DNA from: Candidatus Latescibacterota bacterium
Lineage (GTDB): Bacteria > Latescibacterota > UBA2968 > UBA8231
DNA length: 64,000 nt
Assembly (NCBI GenBank): GCA_036336855.1
Contig: JAYZFI010000036.1
Coordinates: 14,871 to 78,870, forward strand
Reading direction: 5' to 3'
Shown here: piece after piece, positions 54,524 through 64,000 of the stretch
Layout: each line of letters starts with the position of its first letter
Numbering within the stretch: the stretch's first letter is position 1
Position numbers and translations under genes: made by a program
Notes under the pieces: generated by a model
Database searches by the model: none
What the model was told of the DNA's origin: nothing
What the model saw: the letters and a program-made list of their open reading frames with translations, nothing else

Positions 54524-56134
54524 TCAGCTCACGCCTGCGTTGGTCGGTCCCAGATCGGGATCGACAAGCGTCCGGTGATAGGCTCGGCCCATGAGGTAGC
54601 GAATCTCCAACTCAACGTCGCGCAGACGCACGGGCGGCACAGCCTCAGGCTCGCGATTCACAAGTTCCACGGAGATCTCGTTGTCGCCCTGCGTCGGCCA
54701 CTGCTCCGCCTCCGGGCGAAAGACGAACCAGTAGCAGGATCCGGTGCGAAAACGCGGCGCGTTCATACGGTACATCTCGTTGATACGACGCAGGCAACTG
54801 TCGGGCAGTGTCTTACCGTTGAGCCGAAAGCGCAGCTCGTCGGTCTCGGTCGCAGACTCCAGCCGGAGTCGCAGGATCACCTCGTGGACGCGCCCGTCGG
54901 CAGCCCATCGGTTCAGATCATCTGACACCCGCAGAGGTATGGTGACGCTATCACCCTCGGAAATCTCGGCGGGCAATGGGCAGCGCGCTCCCGGCTCCAG
55001 CTCCGGTCGCGGATAGCGACCCGTGCCAGTTGGCACGTAGTATATCTTATCCTTCGCCGCCATCACTTCCGGATGGGGCAGCTCGCGCAGCTTCTCATAG
55101 AACTCGGCCTCGTACGGCCAGCATCCAAACCAGTGTCCGAGATAAAGGCCGTCCACTCCTTGCTCCCAGTAGTTGCAGGCGGCAGCGCGGATGAGCTCGA
55201 TCGTCCCCTGTCCCAGTCGATCTGAATCGACCAAGCTCTGCAGGGTCGCCATGACGTGGACATCCGTTCCCACGGCAGTGCTCACGAGATCACGGTAGTC
55301 GGCGTTGCAGTCCACGAGTTCGGGACCAGAGAACGTCTGGCCGATGACGATGTCAACGAGGCCATCACTCATCCACTTGTCGATGTCGAGGCCGATGTCG
55401 TAGCAGCCCTGTACGCTGATCGGTACACGCACGGCGAGCCGCCGTTCCGAACCGCTGGCGCGCACCGCCTCGGAGCAACGTCGCAACCACTCCGTCATCA
55501 CCTTTCGGCCCTCGTTAATTTCGTCAGGGTGAAAGTAAAACGGCTGGTAGTTGAGCTGTAGTTCGAAGCCGTCTACAGGGTAGCGCTGCACCGTCTCTTC
55601 CACGAGGGCGAAACGTTCGTCTTGGACCTCCTCCAAGAGAAAGTCCAGGCAGGTGTAACCCTTCCAGTCTGCATCCACGCCGGCCTTGGCCCCAATCTCG
55701 AGCTGAGGATTGTCGAATCGAAAATTCGAGCCCCGGGTGTCCTCGCCGCGCACTCCCCTGCCTTGCTGCACGAGCAGCGTGGGATAGATGGGCATCGCTT
55801 TATCGCGGGCGCGTTCGCAAATGACCATGAGGGGATCTTCGCCGAGGCCGATCATGTCGCGGGCGTTCTGATGGGCGCGTCGAAAGATGAGGTGGGGCCA
55901 GCGCTTCATGTTGTGGCCCCAGAGTTCGCCAACCTTGGTGTCGTGGAGGACGGTGCGGCCATCCCCCAGGCAAAACATGAGACTGTCCACCGGAGTGCCA
56001 AGTAGCTCGTCAACCCCCTGCTCATATTCGACCCGCTGTATGGGCGGCTCGTACATGTAGATGAGGGGATGACGACCGTCGTGGTAGAACGCCAAGCGCG
56101 GCATCGGTGGGGGCGAAGTTTTGTCTGGGCTCAT
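54524..56134 (-). CDS. Uncharacterised TIM-barrel glycoside-hydrolase-like protein, paralog 3 of 3
   Basis: I chose the ATG at 56134 (MSPDKTSPPP), preceded by AGGAGG and clear of the upstream gene. Shared blocks: LAFYHDGRHP, DGFELQLNY, WMSDGLVDIVIG. Confidence 0.65.
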   Translation of the reverse strand: MSPDKTSPPPMPRLAFYHDGRHPLIYMYEPPIQRVEYEQGVDELLGTPVDSLMFCLGDGRTVLHDTKVGELWGHNMKRWPHLIFRRAHQNARDMIGLGEDPLMVICERARDKAMPIYPTLLVQQGRGVRGEDTRGSNFRFDNPQLEIGAKAGVDADWKGYTCLDFLLEEVQDERFALVEETVQRYPVDGFELQLNYQPFYFHPDEINEGRKVMTEWLRRCSEAVRASGSERRLAVRVPISVQGCYDIGLDIDKWMSDGLVDIVIGQTFSGPELVDCNADYRDLVSTAVGTDVHVMATLQSLVDSDRLGQGTIELIRAAACNYWEQGVDGLYLGHWFGCWPYEAEFYEKLRELPHPEVMAAKDKIYYVPTGTGRYPRPELEPGARCPLPAEISEGDSVTIPLRVSDDLNRWAADGRVHEVILRLRLESATETDELRFRLNGKTLPDSCLRRINEMYRMNAPRFRTGSCYWFVFRPEAEQWPTQGDNEISVELVNREPEAVPPVRLRDVELEIRYLMGRAYHRTLVDPDLGPTNAGVS

Positions 56135-56153
56135 GGCCACGTCCTCCTGCTCG

Positions 56154-57260
56154 CTACGTCCACTTTCGGGAATCTGGGACTGGCACCCAGCTTGAGCCGT
56201 CGGATAGCGACTGCTCACTGACCAGTCCCGGCAAGGTCATATCCATGGCGGCGTCGACACCTATTGGAGGTTCTGCCTCTTCGCGAATAGATCGAACGAA
56301 GTCCTCCACCTCCCAGTAGTCACCGCCACCATGTCCGGCCTTAAGCGCTTCTTCTGGGGGGTTCTTCCAGAACTCGGGCAGGAACTCCTCTTCCAGATCC
56401 GAGAGGGACTCCCATCTGTGGCTCTCATTGCGGCTGCGCAGCCAGATCTTGGCCGCCGCCCGATGACCGTCAGAGGACTCAAAACACCCGTCCGTCCCCT
56501 GCAGCGCATAGTGAGTCATATGGTGAGGCCGCTCCGAGAGCATATCGACACGGATCTGCACGAGCCCGCCGCTGGCCATGCGGCACATCATGGTGACGGC
56601 GTCCTCCATTTCGTACTCGTCACCGCGCGGATCCCGGTAGTGATGTCCGCTACCCACAGCACTCACCGACACCACTCGGTCCGCATCCCCGAACCATTGG
56701 AGTACCGGGCCCAGGCTGTGCGTAGGATAGGTGCAGGCGTTGATGCCGGTCTGCCAGCGCCGCCGCCACCTGGTAATCTCATTTAGCCCCTTCAGCTCGT
56801 GGATATAGGCACCTTCACCGTAGTATAGCGTCCCGAACAGCCCGCGCCGGGCCAGAGAGCGCACCAGCACGTTGTCCTTCATGTAAGTGAAATTTTCCGC
56901 CATCATGTAGATGCCACGGCTGCGACGGGCGACATCGACGAGTTCGCGGCACTCGTCGATCGACACTCCCGCCGTAACTTCGCAGAGCACGTGCAGATCG
57001 CGTGCAAGGGCAGCGATCGCTTGCGGTGCGTGCAGGGGCATGGGCGTACCCAGCACCACGGCGTCCACTTCACCAGAGTCGAACATCTCCTCTGCATCGG
57101 TGAACAGGGACTCCACCTCAATCTCGGCAGCCTTCTCCCGCAGCCTATCCTCGTGAATGTCGCACAGGGCCGTGAGCTCCGTCGCCGGGTTCGCCTTCAG
57201 CGCACGCACGAAGCTCTTGCCCCGCCCGGCGGCGCCGACAATGCCGAAGCGAATGCTCAC
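56154..57260 (-). CDS. Gfo/Idh/MocA-family oxidoreductase
   Basis: The Rossmann N-terminus is IRFGIVGAAGRGKSF. The GTG at 57260 forms a GTGA overlap with the upstream stop. The ATG at 57275 is an alternative. Confidence 0.85.
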   Translation of the reverse strand: MSIRFGIVGAAGRGKSFVRALKANPATELTALCDIHEDRLREKAAEIEVESLFTDAEEMFDSGEVDAVVLGTPMPLHAPQAIAALARDLHVLCEVTAGVSIDECRELVDVARRSRGIYMMAENFTYMKDNVLVRSLARRGLFGTLYYGEGAYIHELKGLNEITRWRRRWQTGINACTYPTHSLGPVLQWFGDADRVVSVSAVGSGHHYRDPRGDEYEMEDAVTMMCRMASGGLVQIRVDMLSERPHHMTHYALQGTDGCFESSDGHRAAAKIWLRSRNESHRWESLSDLEEEFLPEFWKNPPEEALKAGHGGGDYWEVEDFVRSIREEAEPPIGVDAAMDMTLPGLVSEQSLSDGSSWVPVPDSRKWT

Positions 57261-58261
57261 GCCCCAGCTTCCCATGGGGGGACAATGCCGAGACGCTTGC
57301 CAACCTCGCGCACCGATTTCTGCTCCATCTCGCCGAACCGGATTCCCTCAAGTCGCTGTTTGTGCCAAAGCTCCTCTTCGATGGCTCCGGGAAGTAGTGC
57401 CCGATCATGCCCCGGCAAAGGCTCAAAGGTGGCCGCTACATCTCGGGTCATACGGTCCACCTCTGTGCAGAATTCCGTTTCATCCGCAGCGGCGTCGATG
57501 CGGATGGCGATGATCGTCCCGCCACCGGTAGCCTGCGGCCAGCGATCCGACACGGCAGAATCGGACGTGGTGCCGGCCAATCCACCTCCCAGCAGTGCTG
57601 CAACTGCAGTGTAGCCCACGCTCTTGAAGAACGCCGCCGGGATCTGGCTGAATAGCGCCTCGAATTCCGGGCCCCGCTGATAATCGGCGAGGATGCAGGT
57701 AGCAGCGTCGAGGATGACGGGAGGTCCTTCTCCGCCAGGAATGGCGAAGCAGATCGGAGGATTGCCGAAGAAACCGAGCTGGGGCTTCGGGTTGGCGCCG
57801 GTAGCGTTACCGTGTTGTCCCCCCTGCACCGAGAACCCGATACATCCGGCGGCCGTCGCCATCCGGCAGTAGTTGCCCGCCGCGCCGTAGTGCCCAATTG
57901 AACGCACGGTGCCCATGCCCAGCCCGTACTGCTGCGCGCGTTCAACAGCCAACTCAGTCGCCTTCACCATGGGCAGGTAGCCAAGACTGCCGTCTCCTTC
58001 GATGCCGACAACGGCACCGAAATCCCGCCACACTCGGGGTTGGGGGTCGGGGTTGAAATGCCCCTCGGCGAAAGCCCGGCAATAACCGTTGACCTGGCGG
58101 GTGCCGTGGGAGCGCACCCCCCGCAAATCGCAGTTGACCAGCAACCGGCTGATCAGAACAGCGTGGGCGCGGGGCAGACCGACGACCTCGAAGCAGGCGA
58201 TGGCAAACTGCAGCAACGCGTCTTCGCGCACGGTCACGTAGCTATCAGGGGGGCGGTTCAT
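57257..58261 (-). CDS. Ldh_2-family (malate/L-lactate/ureidoglycolate/sulfolactate-type) dehydrogenase
   Basis: 334 aa with DLRGVRSHGT and HYGAAG blocks characteristic of the type-2 malate/lactate dehydrogenase family. Confidence 0.85.
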   Translation of the reverse strand: MNRPPDSYVTVREDALLQFAIACFEVVGLPRAHAVLISRLLVNCDLRGVRSHGTRQVNGYCRAFAEGHFNPDPQPRVWRDFGAVVGIEGDGSLGYLPMVKATELAVERAQQYGLGMGTVRSIGHYGAAGNYCRMATAAGCIGFSVQGGQHGNATGANPKPQLGFFGNPPICFAIPGGEGPPVILDAATCILADYQRGPEFEALFSQIPAAFFKSVGYTAVAALLGGGLAGTTSDSAVSDRWPQATGGGTIIAIRIDAAADETEFCTEVDRMTRDVAATFEPLPGHDRALLPGAIEEELWHKQRLEGIRFGEMEQKSVREVGKRLGIVPPWEAGA

Positions 58262-58366
58262 AAGTGTATCGGAATGGGTGAAATCCTACCCTTGATCAGA
58301 GATGTAGGCCGGAGTATGCTTGTGCGCCTTCACCACTGCGGTTACGCCCCCACCTTTGGACAGCTG

Positions 58367-59509
58367 ATGAAAATCGATGTCATCGGGCTCACGAAAGAGC
58401 TCGTAAGCTACAAATCCGAGAGTCTGAGCAGCAACGTCGACGTCACCCAGCGTGTCGCTACCATCCTCCGTGCCCTGCACTTCCAGGTCGAGGAGCTGCC
58501 CCACACCGACGTCAATGGCGTGCCTAAACTGTCCATTGTCGCCAAGCTGGGCACGGGCCGAGGTGGCCTTTCGCTAATGAGCCATGATGACGTGGTGCCC
58601 GCGCGCATGGAGCAAGGGTGGACCTCCGATCCCTATCAGGCACGCCTGGCAGACGGTAAGATCTATGGTCGCGGCGCCTGCGACATGAAGGGTCCACTGG
58701 CTGCGACAATTTGTGCCGCCTCTCAATTCCGCTCGGTCACCCTGAAAAAGCCCCTCTACATCATCGTCACCTCCGACGAGGAGATTCAGGCTGTGGGCGC
58801 CTGGGAGGTAAGCAATAAATCGAAGCTCTTCGCCGAGGCCGCCAGCGGCTACGGGCTAATCTGCGAGCCCACCCGCCTCAAAGTCGTCCACGCTCACAAG
58901 GGCTCACTGCAAATCGTGGCCACCTCCATGGGCAGAGCAGCGCACACCAGCACCCTCAAGGGGGTCAATGCCAACTTGGCCATGATCCCCTTCCTCTCCG
59001 AGATGGTCAAGATCAACAATCTCGTCCTCACCTCAAAGCGCTACCGGAACGAAGAGTTCACGCCACCCCACTCGGAGTGGAGCATTGGCATCAACGACCA
59101 CAACGTGGCGACCAACATATACCCGGTACGCAGCGTCTGCACCATCAACTACCGTCCCATGCCCGGAACCGACGTCAACGCTCTCGTCGATCGCGCTCGT
59201 CGCAAGGCCAAGGAGCTCGGCATCAAATTCAAGGCATCCAAGGCCGGCGACGCCTTGTACACCAGCCCGGAAGCACAGTTGGTTAAGACCGCTCTCAAGC
59301 TCACCGGGACCCGCAAGCCTGCCACCGTTGCCTATGGCACTGATGGGCTCGCCTCTTCTAAGAACATGAAGAACCTCGTCGTACTGGGGCCCGGAAACAT
59401 CGCTCAAGCCCACACCGTCGATGAGTGGGTGGAAGTGGAACAGCTAGAAAAAGGGGTCGACCTCTACACGCGTTTCATCGACTACGTTTGCGTACAGGGC
59501 AAGGACTGA
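58367..59509 (+). CDS. M20-family peptidase/deacylase (ArgE/DapE-like)
   Basis: MSHDDVVP, GRGACDMKG and SDEE motifs are present. I chose the start at 58367 (MKIDVIGLTKELV) on N-terminal similarity. Alternatives are 58316 and 58274. Confidence 0.8.
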   Translation: MKIDVIGLTKELVSYKSESLSSNVDVTQRVATILRALHFQVEELPHTDVNGVPKLSIVAKLGTGRGGLSLMSHDDVVPARMEQGWTSDPYQARLADGKIYGRGACDMKGPLAATICAASQFRSVTLKKPLYIIVTSDEEIQAVGAWEVSNKSKLFAEAASGYGLICEPTRLKVVHAHKGSLQIVATSMGRAAHTSTLKGVNANLAMIPFLSEMVKINNLVLTSKRYRNEEFTPPHSEWSIGINDHNVATNIYPVRSVCTINYRPMPGTDVNALVDRARRKAKELGIKFKASKAGDALYTSPEAQLVKTALKLTGTRKPATVAYGTDGLASSKNMKNLVVLGPGNIAQAHTVDEWVEVEQLEKGVDLYTRFIDYVCVQGKD

Positions 59510-59856
59510 TCGCGCTCACGGATAGACGACGCGAAAGTGCTCGCACACCATCGGCATCTGGTGCGTCACCTCCCGACCCAGCTCCTCGTAGTGTCGTAAG
59601 TAGATGACCCAACACCCAAGCGCCAGGTCTTGAGGGAACGGTCCCACCCTTCCGTCTCGGGGACGCTCAGACTGCCAGACTGAGATAAGGACTTGGCTTA
59701 GCGCCCCACCTGATGAGCAGAGCGCCGTAGTCGGCGACGTCCCGTAAGCTGCCAATACGGAAATGTTCGTGGAACCGGCGTCGCCTACTGGAGATCGTCG
59801 ACAGGCTGTGCTGCTCCTATGGCCGCTGCGATTCCTCGTTGAGATCGACAGCCATG

Positions 59857-60768
59857 TCAGTGCTGGTAGGGCTGCCCAGTGCGCCGCAGCTCCTTGGTAA
59901 TCGCCAGCTGCACAGTACAGTAGCTGCCAATGTACTCGGTGGCGAAACCGGGCCGGGCGTCGGCGATGGTGCCGACGATCATATTGGCGTATTCGAAAGT
60001 CGTGCTGTAGCGATCGATGAGTAAGGCCACCATCTCCATCCACGCTTTCTTGAGCGCGTCGCCCCAGGTTTCGCCGATTCCACTGGTGAGCCATTCCTCC
60101 TTGCTCTCCACGTAGCCTGTAGTCTCCACCACCGGGCTGGCGTTGGGGAAGGGCTGTGGCGAGCGATCCACCTTCACCGTGACCGCGGCGTCGATCTCCA
60201 CTCCGGCGGCAGTGAGTTCGCCGTCACCCATTCGGGCATGGGTGTCACCGAGTAAGAGATAACCACCGGGGCGCTGGGCACGAATGTGCACGGTACTACC
60301 CGGCTGGATGGCATTGAAGTCCATGTTCCCGCCGTGGTCGATGGGATGAGGAGCCACTGACTCAAGCTGGATGATCCCCACCATGGGCCGGATCGGCACG
60401 ACGAAATCGGGGGGGAAGTGAATGAGCCCGTCCCGCACTGGGGCCACGCAGCGCCAGTATCCCCAGTGCGGTCCTGCATTGCGGTAGAACCCGTAGGGCC
60501 CCACCTCCATGTCGATGATCTCGATGGCCACCCAATCGTCTGGCTCGATTCCCTCGATGATAAAGGGGCCTCCCGGTCGCGAATGTCGCGGCGTGTTTGC
60601 CGCCACGATCATTCCCGCGCGCGTCTCCCCAGCCGCCTCGTAGTCGTGGTCGGCACCCCCCGCGGTCTGGATGATCACCTTCTCCCCCAGCTGCAGAACT
60701 CCCCGCACTTCCCCACGCTCGGGATCGTCATGGCCGTCGTATACCGGAGTACGCGTGAATCGTCGCAT
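59857..60768 (-). CDS. Acetamidase/formamidase-family amidohydrolase
   Basis: 303 aa with HGGNMD, GDTHARMGDGE and family-like spacing. The SD AAAGGAGGG lies upstream. Confidence 0.85.
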   Translation of the reverse strand: MRRFTRTPVYDGHDDPERGEVRGVLQLGEKVIIQTAGGADHDYEAAGETRAGMIVAANTPRHSRPGGPFIIEGIEPDDWVAIEIIDMEVGPYGFYRNAGPHWGYWRCVAPVRDGLIHFPPDFVVPIRPMVGIIQLESVAPHPIDHGGNMDFNAIQPGSTVHIRAQRPGGYLLLGDTHARMGDGELTAAGVEIDAAVTVKVDRSPQPFPNASPVVETTGYVESKEEWLTSGIGETWGDALKKAWMEMVALLIDRYSTTFEYANMIVGTIADARPGFATEYIGSYCTVQLAITKELRRTGQPYQH

Positions 60769-61065
60769 TGCTGAATTCCCTCCTTTACCTCAGCCGCTGA
60801 GGTGACGGGGTTCGTAGTGATACAGCTCCAGACTCTCCCGCCTACAGCTCAAGAAACCTGCGTGATCGATGGCGTAATCGTCCTTGTCCCGGTGCTCGTG
60901 TCACTTGGGCACGTAGTGCAGATTCCACATCCCAGATGATGGCACATCTCCATCTTCCGCAACACCCAAATGGAGGTGTGGCTGTCCTTCACGTCCAACG
61001 TCTCCACGAGAATGTCGAGCTCAATGCCATGGACTCAACATCCTCGCTCTTCATCGGTGAAATTC

Positions 61066-62058
61066 CTATTCGTACACCAAGCTCTGCGCCTGCATAAGGC
61101 CGATCATGTAGCCAAAGGCAAAGATCTTCCCCAGAGTGCCGTAGCCGCGAGTGGTCTCGGCATCCTCCGAACCCATGGTCGGCGCGTGGTCGGGCCGGAT
61201 CGGGCCATCGAAGCCAGCATGAGAGTAGATCTCCAGCATTCGCGCCATGTCGGTGGGCCCATCGTCGTGGAAGGTCTCGGTAAAGCGGGCATCTGCGGTG
61301 CCCTCCACATCACGATAGTGGATGAAATGGACCTTGCCCTGCTCCGTGAACTCCCGCGCCACCGAGTAAATGTCCTCCCCCATGGCCTTGAAGTTCCCCT
61401 GGCAGAACGTGACGCCGTTGTTTGGGCTCGGAGCGATGTTGAACAACCGGCGGTAGGCGTCGGCACTTACCATGATTTGCGCCGATCCTCGGTACGGGGA
61501 GATCGGCGGATCGTTGGGATGGTAGCCCAACCGAACCTTCGCCTTCTCGGCGACGGGGACGATGCGCTCCAGCAGCCAAGTGAGATTGTCCCAGAGCTCT
61601 TCCTCGGTCTGCGGCTCTTCAAAGGGTTCCTCTTCCGCGTTCGATCGGGCGTAGTCGAACTGGGAGGAGATCGCGCCCCCTCGCGTCGGCACCCAGTCCG
61701 TGCGCGAGCCTCCAGCGCCCAAGTTGTAGCAGAGCACAGGGATTCCCGCCCTGCCCATAGCTTCGATGGCGGCAATGTAGTTCTTGATCTCCTCCTCGCG
61801 TCCGGAAGTGCCGCGCCGGATGTGATCCCCCTTAACCGGCGTCATGGTCTCGTACACGGGAAGGGCAAACCCCACCTCCTCCCACTCTTCCTTCTGATAA
61901 CGCATGGCCGCCTCGTACTGGTCGCGACCGATGCCGTGCAGATCCGGTGCCGTTACGCAGCTAGAGACTCCCATCTCCCGGCAAATCTGAACCTTCTCTG
62001 GATGGTCTGAGGGACTACGGCCAAGGGTCATCGACAGTTTGAACTTGCCCGGACGCAT
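61066..62058 (-). CDS. uxuA: Mannonate dehydratase-family enzyme
   Basis: 330 aa. VHFIHYRDVEG...FTETFHDDGPTDMARML...GPIRPDHAP matches the UxuA C-terminal signature region. Confidence 0.8.
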   Translation of the reverse strand: MRPGKFKLSMTLGRSPSDHPEKVQICREMGVSSCVTAPDLHGIGRDQYEAAMRYQKEEWEEVGFALPVYETMTPVKGDHIRRGTSGREEEIKNYIAAIEAMGRAGIPVLCYNLGAGGSRTDWVPTRGGAISSQFDYARSNAEEEPFEEPQTEEELWDNLTWLLERIVPVAEKAKVRLGYHPNDPPISPYRGSAQIMVSADAYRRLFNIAPSPNNGVTFCQGNFKAMGEDIYSVAREFTEQGKVHFIHYRDVEGTADARFTETFHDDGPTDMARMLEIYSHAGFDGPIRPDHAPTMGSEDAETTRGYGTLGKIFAFGYMIGLMQAQSLVYE

Positions 62059-62152
62059 TGAACAATCTCTCTTTGTCGGGGCGGAACTTTAGCAACCGAC
62101 AGTCTAATCGTCTGACAAGGAGGTGCCAGTGCCCACGGCCCTTCCGTGACGC

Positions 62153-63205
62153 TTACCCGCCGGCAACGGCTGCCGATCGGCCAACCACCAGATCCCGGTC
62201 GATCAGCTCCTCGGCGATCTGCACGGCGTTCAGCGCCGCCCCCTTGCGCAGCTGGTCCCCGCTTACAAACAGGTCGATCCCCCGCCCGTCGGGACGGGAC
62301 AGATCCTGGCGGATGCGGCCAACGAACACGTCGTCCTCCCCCGAGGCCTGCAGCGGCATGGGGAATAGATTGTCGGTGCGACTGTCGAGGATGCGAACGC
62401 CCGCAGCGCCTTCGAGAATCTCCCGCACCTGTTCCTCCATCATGGGATTCTCGAACTCGAGGTTGATGGCCTCGGAGTGGGCCCGCATGACGGGGACGCG
62501 CACGCAGGTGGGGGTCACTTGGATATCGTCGTCGTGGAACATCTTTCGGGTTTCCCTGATCATCTTCACCTCTTCCTCACAGTAGCCCTCAGGACCAATG
62601 TCCGAGTTGTGTGAAAACAGATTGAAGGCGATCTGGTGCGGCAGCTCTTTGGGCTGGGCCTCCTCACCGGCCAGAACACTCCGGGTCTGAACCTCGAGTT
62701 CTTCCATCGCCTTTGCGCCGGCGCCCGAGATCGCCTGGTAGGTGGCGACGACGATGCGCTTCACACGATTCACCTGATACAACGGCCACACCACCACATC
62801 CATGATGATGGTAGAGCAGTTGGGGTTAGCGATGATACCCTGATGGCCGCTGAGATCGCCAGCGTTGATCTCAGGGACAACCAGGGGCACCCGCGGGTCC
62901 ATGCGGAAAGCGGAGGTGTTGTCCACCACCACCGCGCCCGCCTCTACGGCGGCGGGGGTGAACTTCTTGCTGATACTGCCCCCGGCGGAGGCTAGGACGA
63001 TGTCGACCCCTTCGAAGGAATTCGCCTTCAGCTCTTGGACCGTCAGCGTGCTCCCGTGGAACCCGATCTCCTTGCCGGCAGACCGGCTGGAAGCCAGCAG
63101 TCTCAACTCCTCGAGGGGAAAGTCGCGCTCGGCGAGTATGTCAAGAAAAATCTGGCCCACCGCGCCAGTGGCGCCCATGATAGCAACGTTGTACCTGCGG
63201 GACAT
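62153..63205 (-). CDS. asd: Aspartate-semialdehyde dehydrogenase
   Basis: VAIMGATGAVGQ, IIANPNCSTI (active-site Cys), and 350 aa in length. Confidence 0.95.
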   Translation of the reverse strand: MSRRYNVAIMGATGAVGQIFLDILAERDFPLEELRLLASSRSAGKEIGFHGSTLTVQELKANSFEGVDIVLASAGGSISKKFTPAAVEAGAVVVDNTSAFRMDPRVPLVVPEINAGDLSGHQGIIANPNCSTIIMDVVVWPLYQVNRVKRIVVATYQAISGAGAKAMEELEVQTRSVLAGEEAQPKELPHQIAFNLFSHNSDIGPEGYCEEEVKMIRETRKMFHDDDIQVTPTCVRVPVMRAHSEAINLEFENPMMEEQVREILEGAAGVRILDSRTDNLFPMPLQASGEDDVFVGRIRQDLSRPDGRGIDLFVSGDQLRKGAALNAVQIAEELIDRDLVVGRSAAVAGG

Positions 63206-63254
63206 GTGAATCTCCGTGGTCTGTCGGAGCGCCGGAACCGTCCGTTTACTAGCG

Positions 63255-64000
63255 TCAGTTGTCTATCGTCTGGGGTCCACGGACCAGCGCCTCGATGAGC
63301 TCATGACCCGCCTGCGGAAACAGGCCGCCGGCTTCGGCGGCATCTTCCGCGTACACGTCCATTTCATCGGTTCCGACCCCCTCTCCCCACAATACGAATG
63401 GCACTGGCTCTCGGGTGTGGGTGCGAATCGCCAGTGGCGTCCGGTGGTCGGGGGTCATGAGGATCCGGCCAGGCTCGCCGATACCCATCAACCCCTCAAG
63501 GATGGGCGCCGCTACGCGGGAATCGAAGTCCTCTATGGCTTGCACCTTCCCCTCGATGTCCGCGTTGTGGCCTGCCTCATCCGGCGCTTCCACATGCACG
63601 TAGAGCAGATCCTTGCCGTTGCGAAGCGCGTCTAGGGCGTACTGGGCCTTGCCTTCATAGTTCGTATCCAGATAACCTGTGACCCCGGGAACGTCGATGA
63701 CTTCGTAGCCGGCACAAGTGCCGATACCGCGGATCAGGTCGACGGCGCTGATCACGCCGGCCTGCAAACCGTAGCGCTGTTGCACGCTCTCCAAGGTCAA
63801 GGCGCGCCCGGCGCCCCATAGCCAGATGGCGTTGGCCGGAACCTGACCGGCGGCCAATCTCTTCTTGTTGGTTTCCGACGCCTTCAGGATCGGCTTGGCC
63901 CGCTCCATGAGGGCACGAATCTCTTCCTGCCGCTCGCCGCGCGGGAGGTGGGCGCTCGCCGACTCGCCCATGATATCGTGGGGCGGATATTCTTCGAGCC
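63255..64000 (-). CDS. Cofactor-independent phosphoglycerate mutase, archaeal-type (ApgM family; the 'proposed homoserine kinase' clade often sits next to asd); 5' end outside window
   Basis: LYVHVEAPDEAGH and MTPDHRTP motifs are present. The reading frame stays open to the window edge upstream of the first ATG at 63971. Confidence 0.85.
   Translation of the reverse strand, partial: LEEYPPHDIMGESASAHLPRGERQEEIRALMERAKPILKASETNKKRLAAGQVPANAIWLWGAGRALTLESVQQRYGLQAGVISAVDLIRGIGTCAGYEVIDVPGVTGYLDTNYEGKAQYALDALRNGKDLLYVHVEAPDEAGHNADIEGKVQAIEDFDSRVAAPILEGLMGIGEPGRILMTPDHRTPLAIRTHTREPVPFVLWGEGVGTDEMDVYAEDAAEAGGLFPQAGHELIEALVRGPQTIDN

Noticed and set aside
59516-59856. The minus-strand reading frame ending ...GPFPQDLALGCWVIYLRHYEELGREVTHQMPMVCEHFRVVYP, between the M20 gene and the acetamidase.
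   Set aside because: There is no in-frame start codon within the intergenic part and third-position GC is weak. It is likely a decayed C-terminal fragment of an unknown gene or just noise.
60787-60803. A perfect 7-bp hairpin ACCTCAG-CCG-CTGAGGT between uxuA and the acetamidase gene.
   Set aside because: No U-run follows it on the transcribed (minus) strand, and it directly abuts the acetamidase SD. It is not convincing as an intrinsic terminator and could be a minor mRNA structure.
1-64000. A scan for CRISPR arrays, long direct or inverted repeats, IS elements, integrases, tRNA/rRNA genes, restriction-modification, toxin-antitoxin or other defence genes.
   Set aside because: I noticed none by eye. 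The only repetition seen is paralogy at the protein level: three sulfatase-fold enzymes, three GH-like proteins, two M20, two Gfo/Idh/MocA, and the internal SDR duplication. A computational repeat and ncRNA scan would be needed to exclude short elements.

Overview
High-GC bacterial chromosomal segment (about 60-65% GC by eye, not computed). I call about 47 tightly packed protein-coding genes. Many are joined by 1- or 4-nt stop/start overlaps (ATGA, GTGA, TTGA, TGATG). GTG/TTG starts are frequent and most genes have AGGAGG-type Shine-Dalgarno sites. I saw no rRNA, tRNA, CRISPR array, transposase, integrase or phage genes. Housekeeping genes are thrS, proS, asd and an archaeal-type phosphoglycerate mutase/proposed homoserine kinase. 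They sit among a dense set of apparently cytoplasmic hydrolases for amide, peptide and sulfate-ester bonds: GGT, two M20 peptidases, an M19 dipeptidase, an S15 CocE/NonD hydrolase, an amidohydrolase, a creatininase, an acetamidase, a beta-lactamase-like hydrolase and three sulfatase-family enzymes. Also present are an Opp/Dpp-type ABC importer operon, sugar-acid/oxidoreductase genes, and three paralogs of an uncharacterised TIM-barrel glycoside-hydrolase-like family. The best candidate for an undescribed system is a self-contained 9.5-kb three-gene membrane operon (20991-30524, minus strand). It encodes an OPT-like polytopic protein, then a 1546-aa fusion, then a second OPT-like protein. The fusion joins a catalytically degenerate PA/M28 peptidase-like ectodomain to a duplicated FtsX-type permease, with no ABC ATPase nearby. 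The second OPT-like protein carries an inserted Cys/His zinc-ribbon-like loop and an acidic DxDxDG-repeat domain. Secondary items are a terminator/antiterminator leader upstream of thrS without a canonical T-box, a fused tandem SDR, a sulfatase-fold enzyme with Thr at the formylglycine position coupled to the ABC operon, and several gene remnants. All family assignments come from motifs read by eye; no searches were run.
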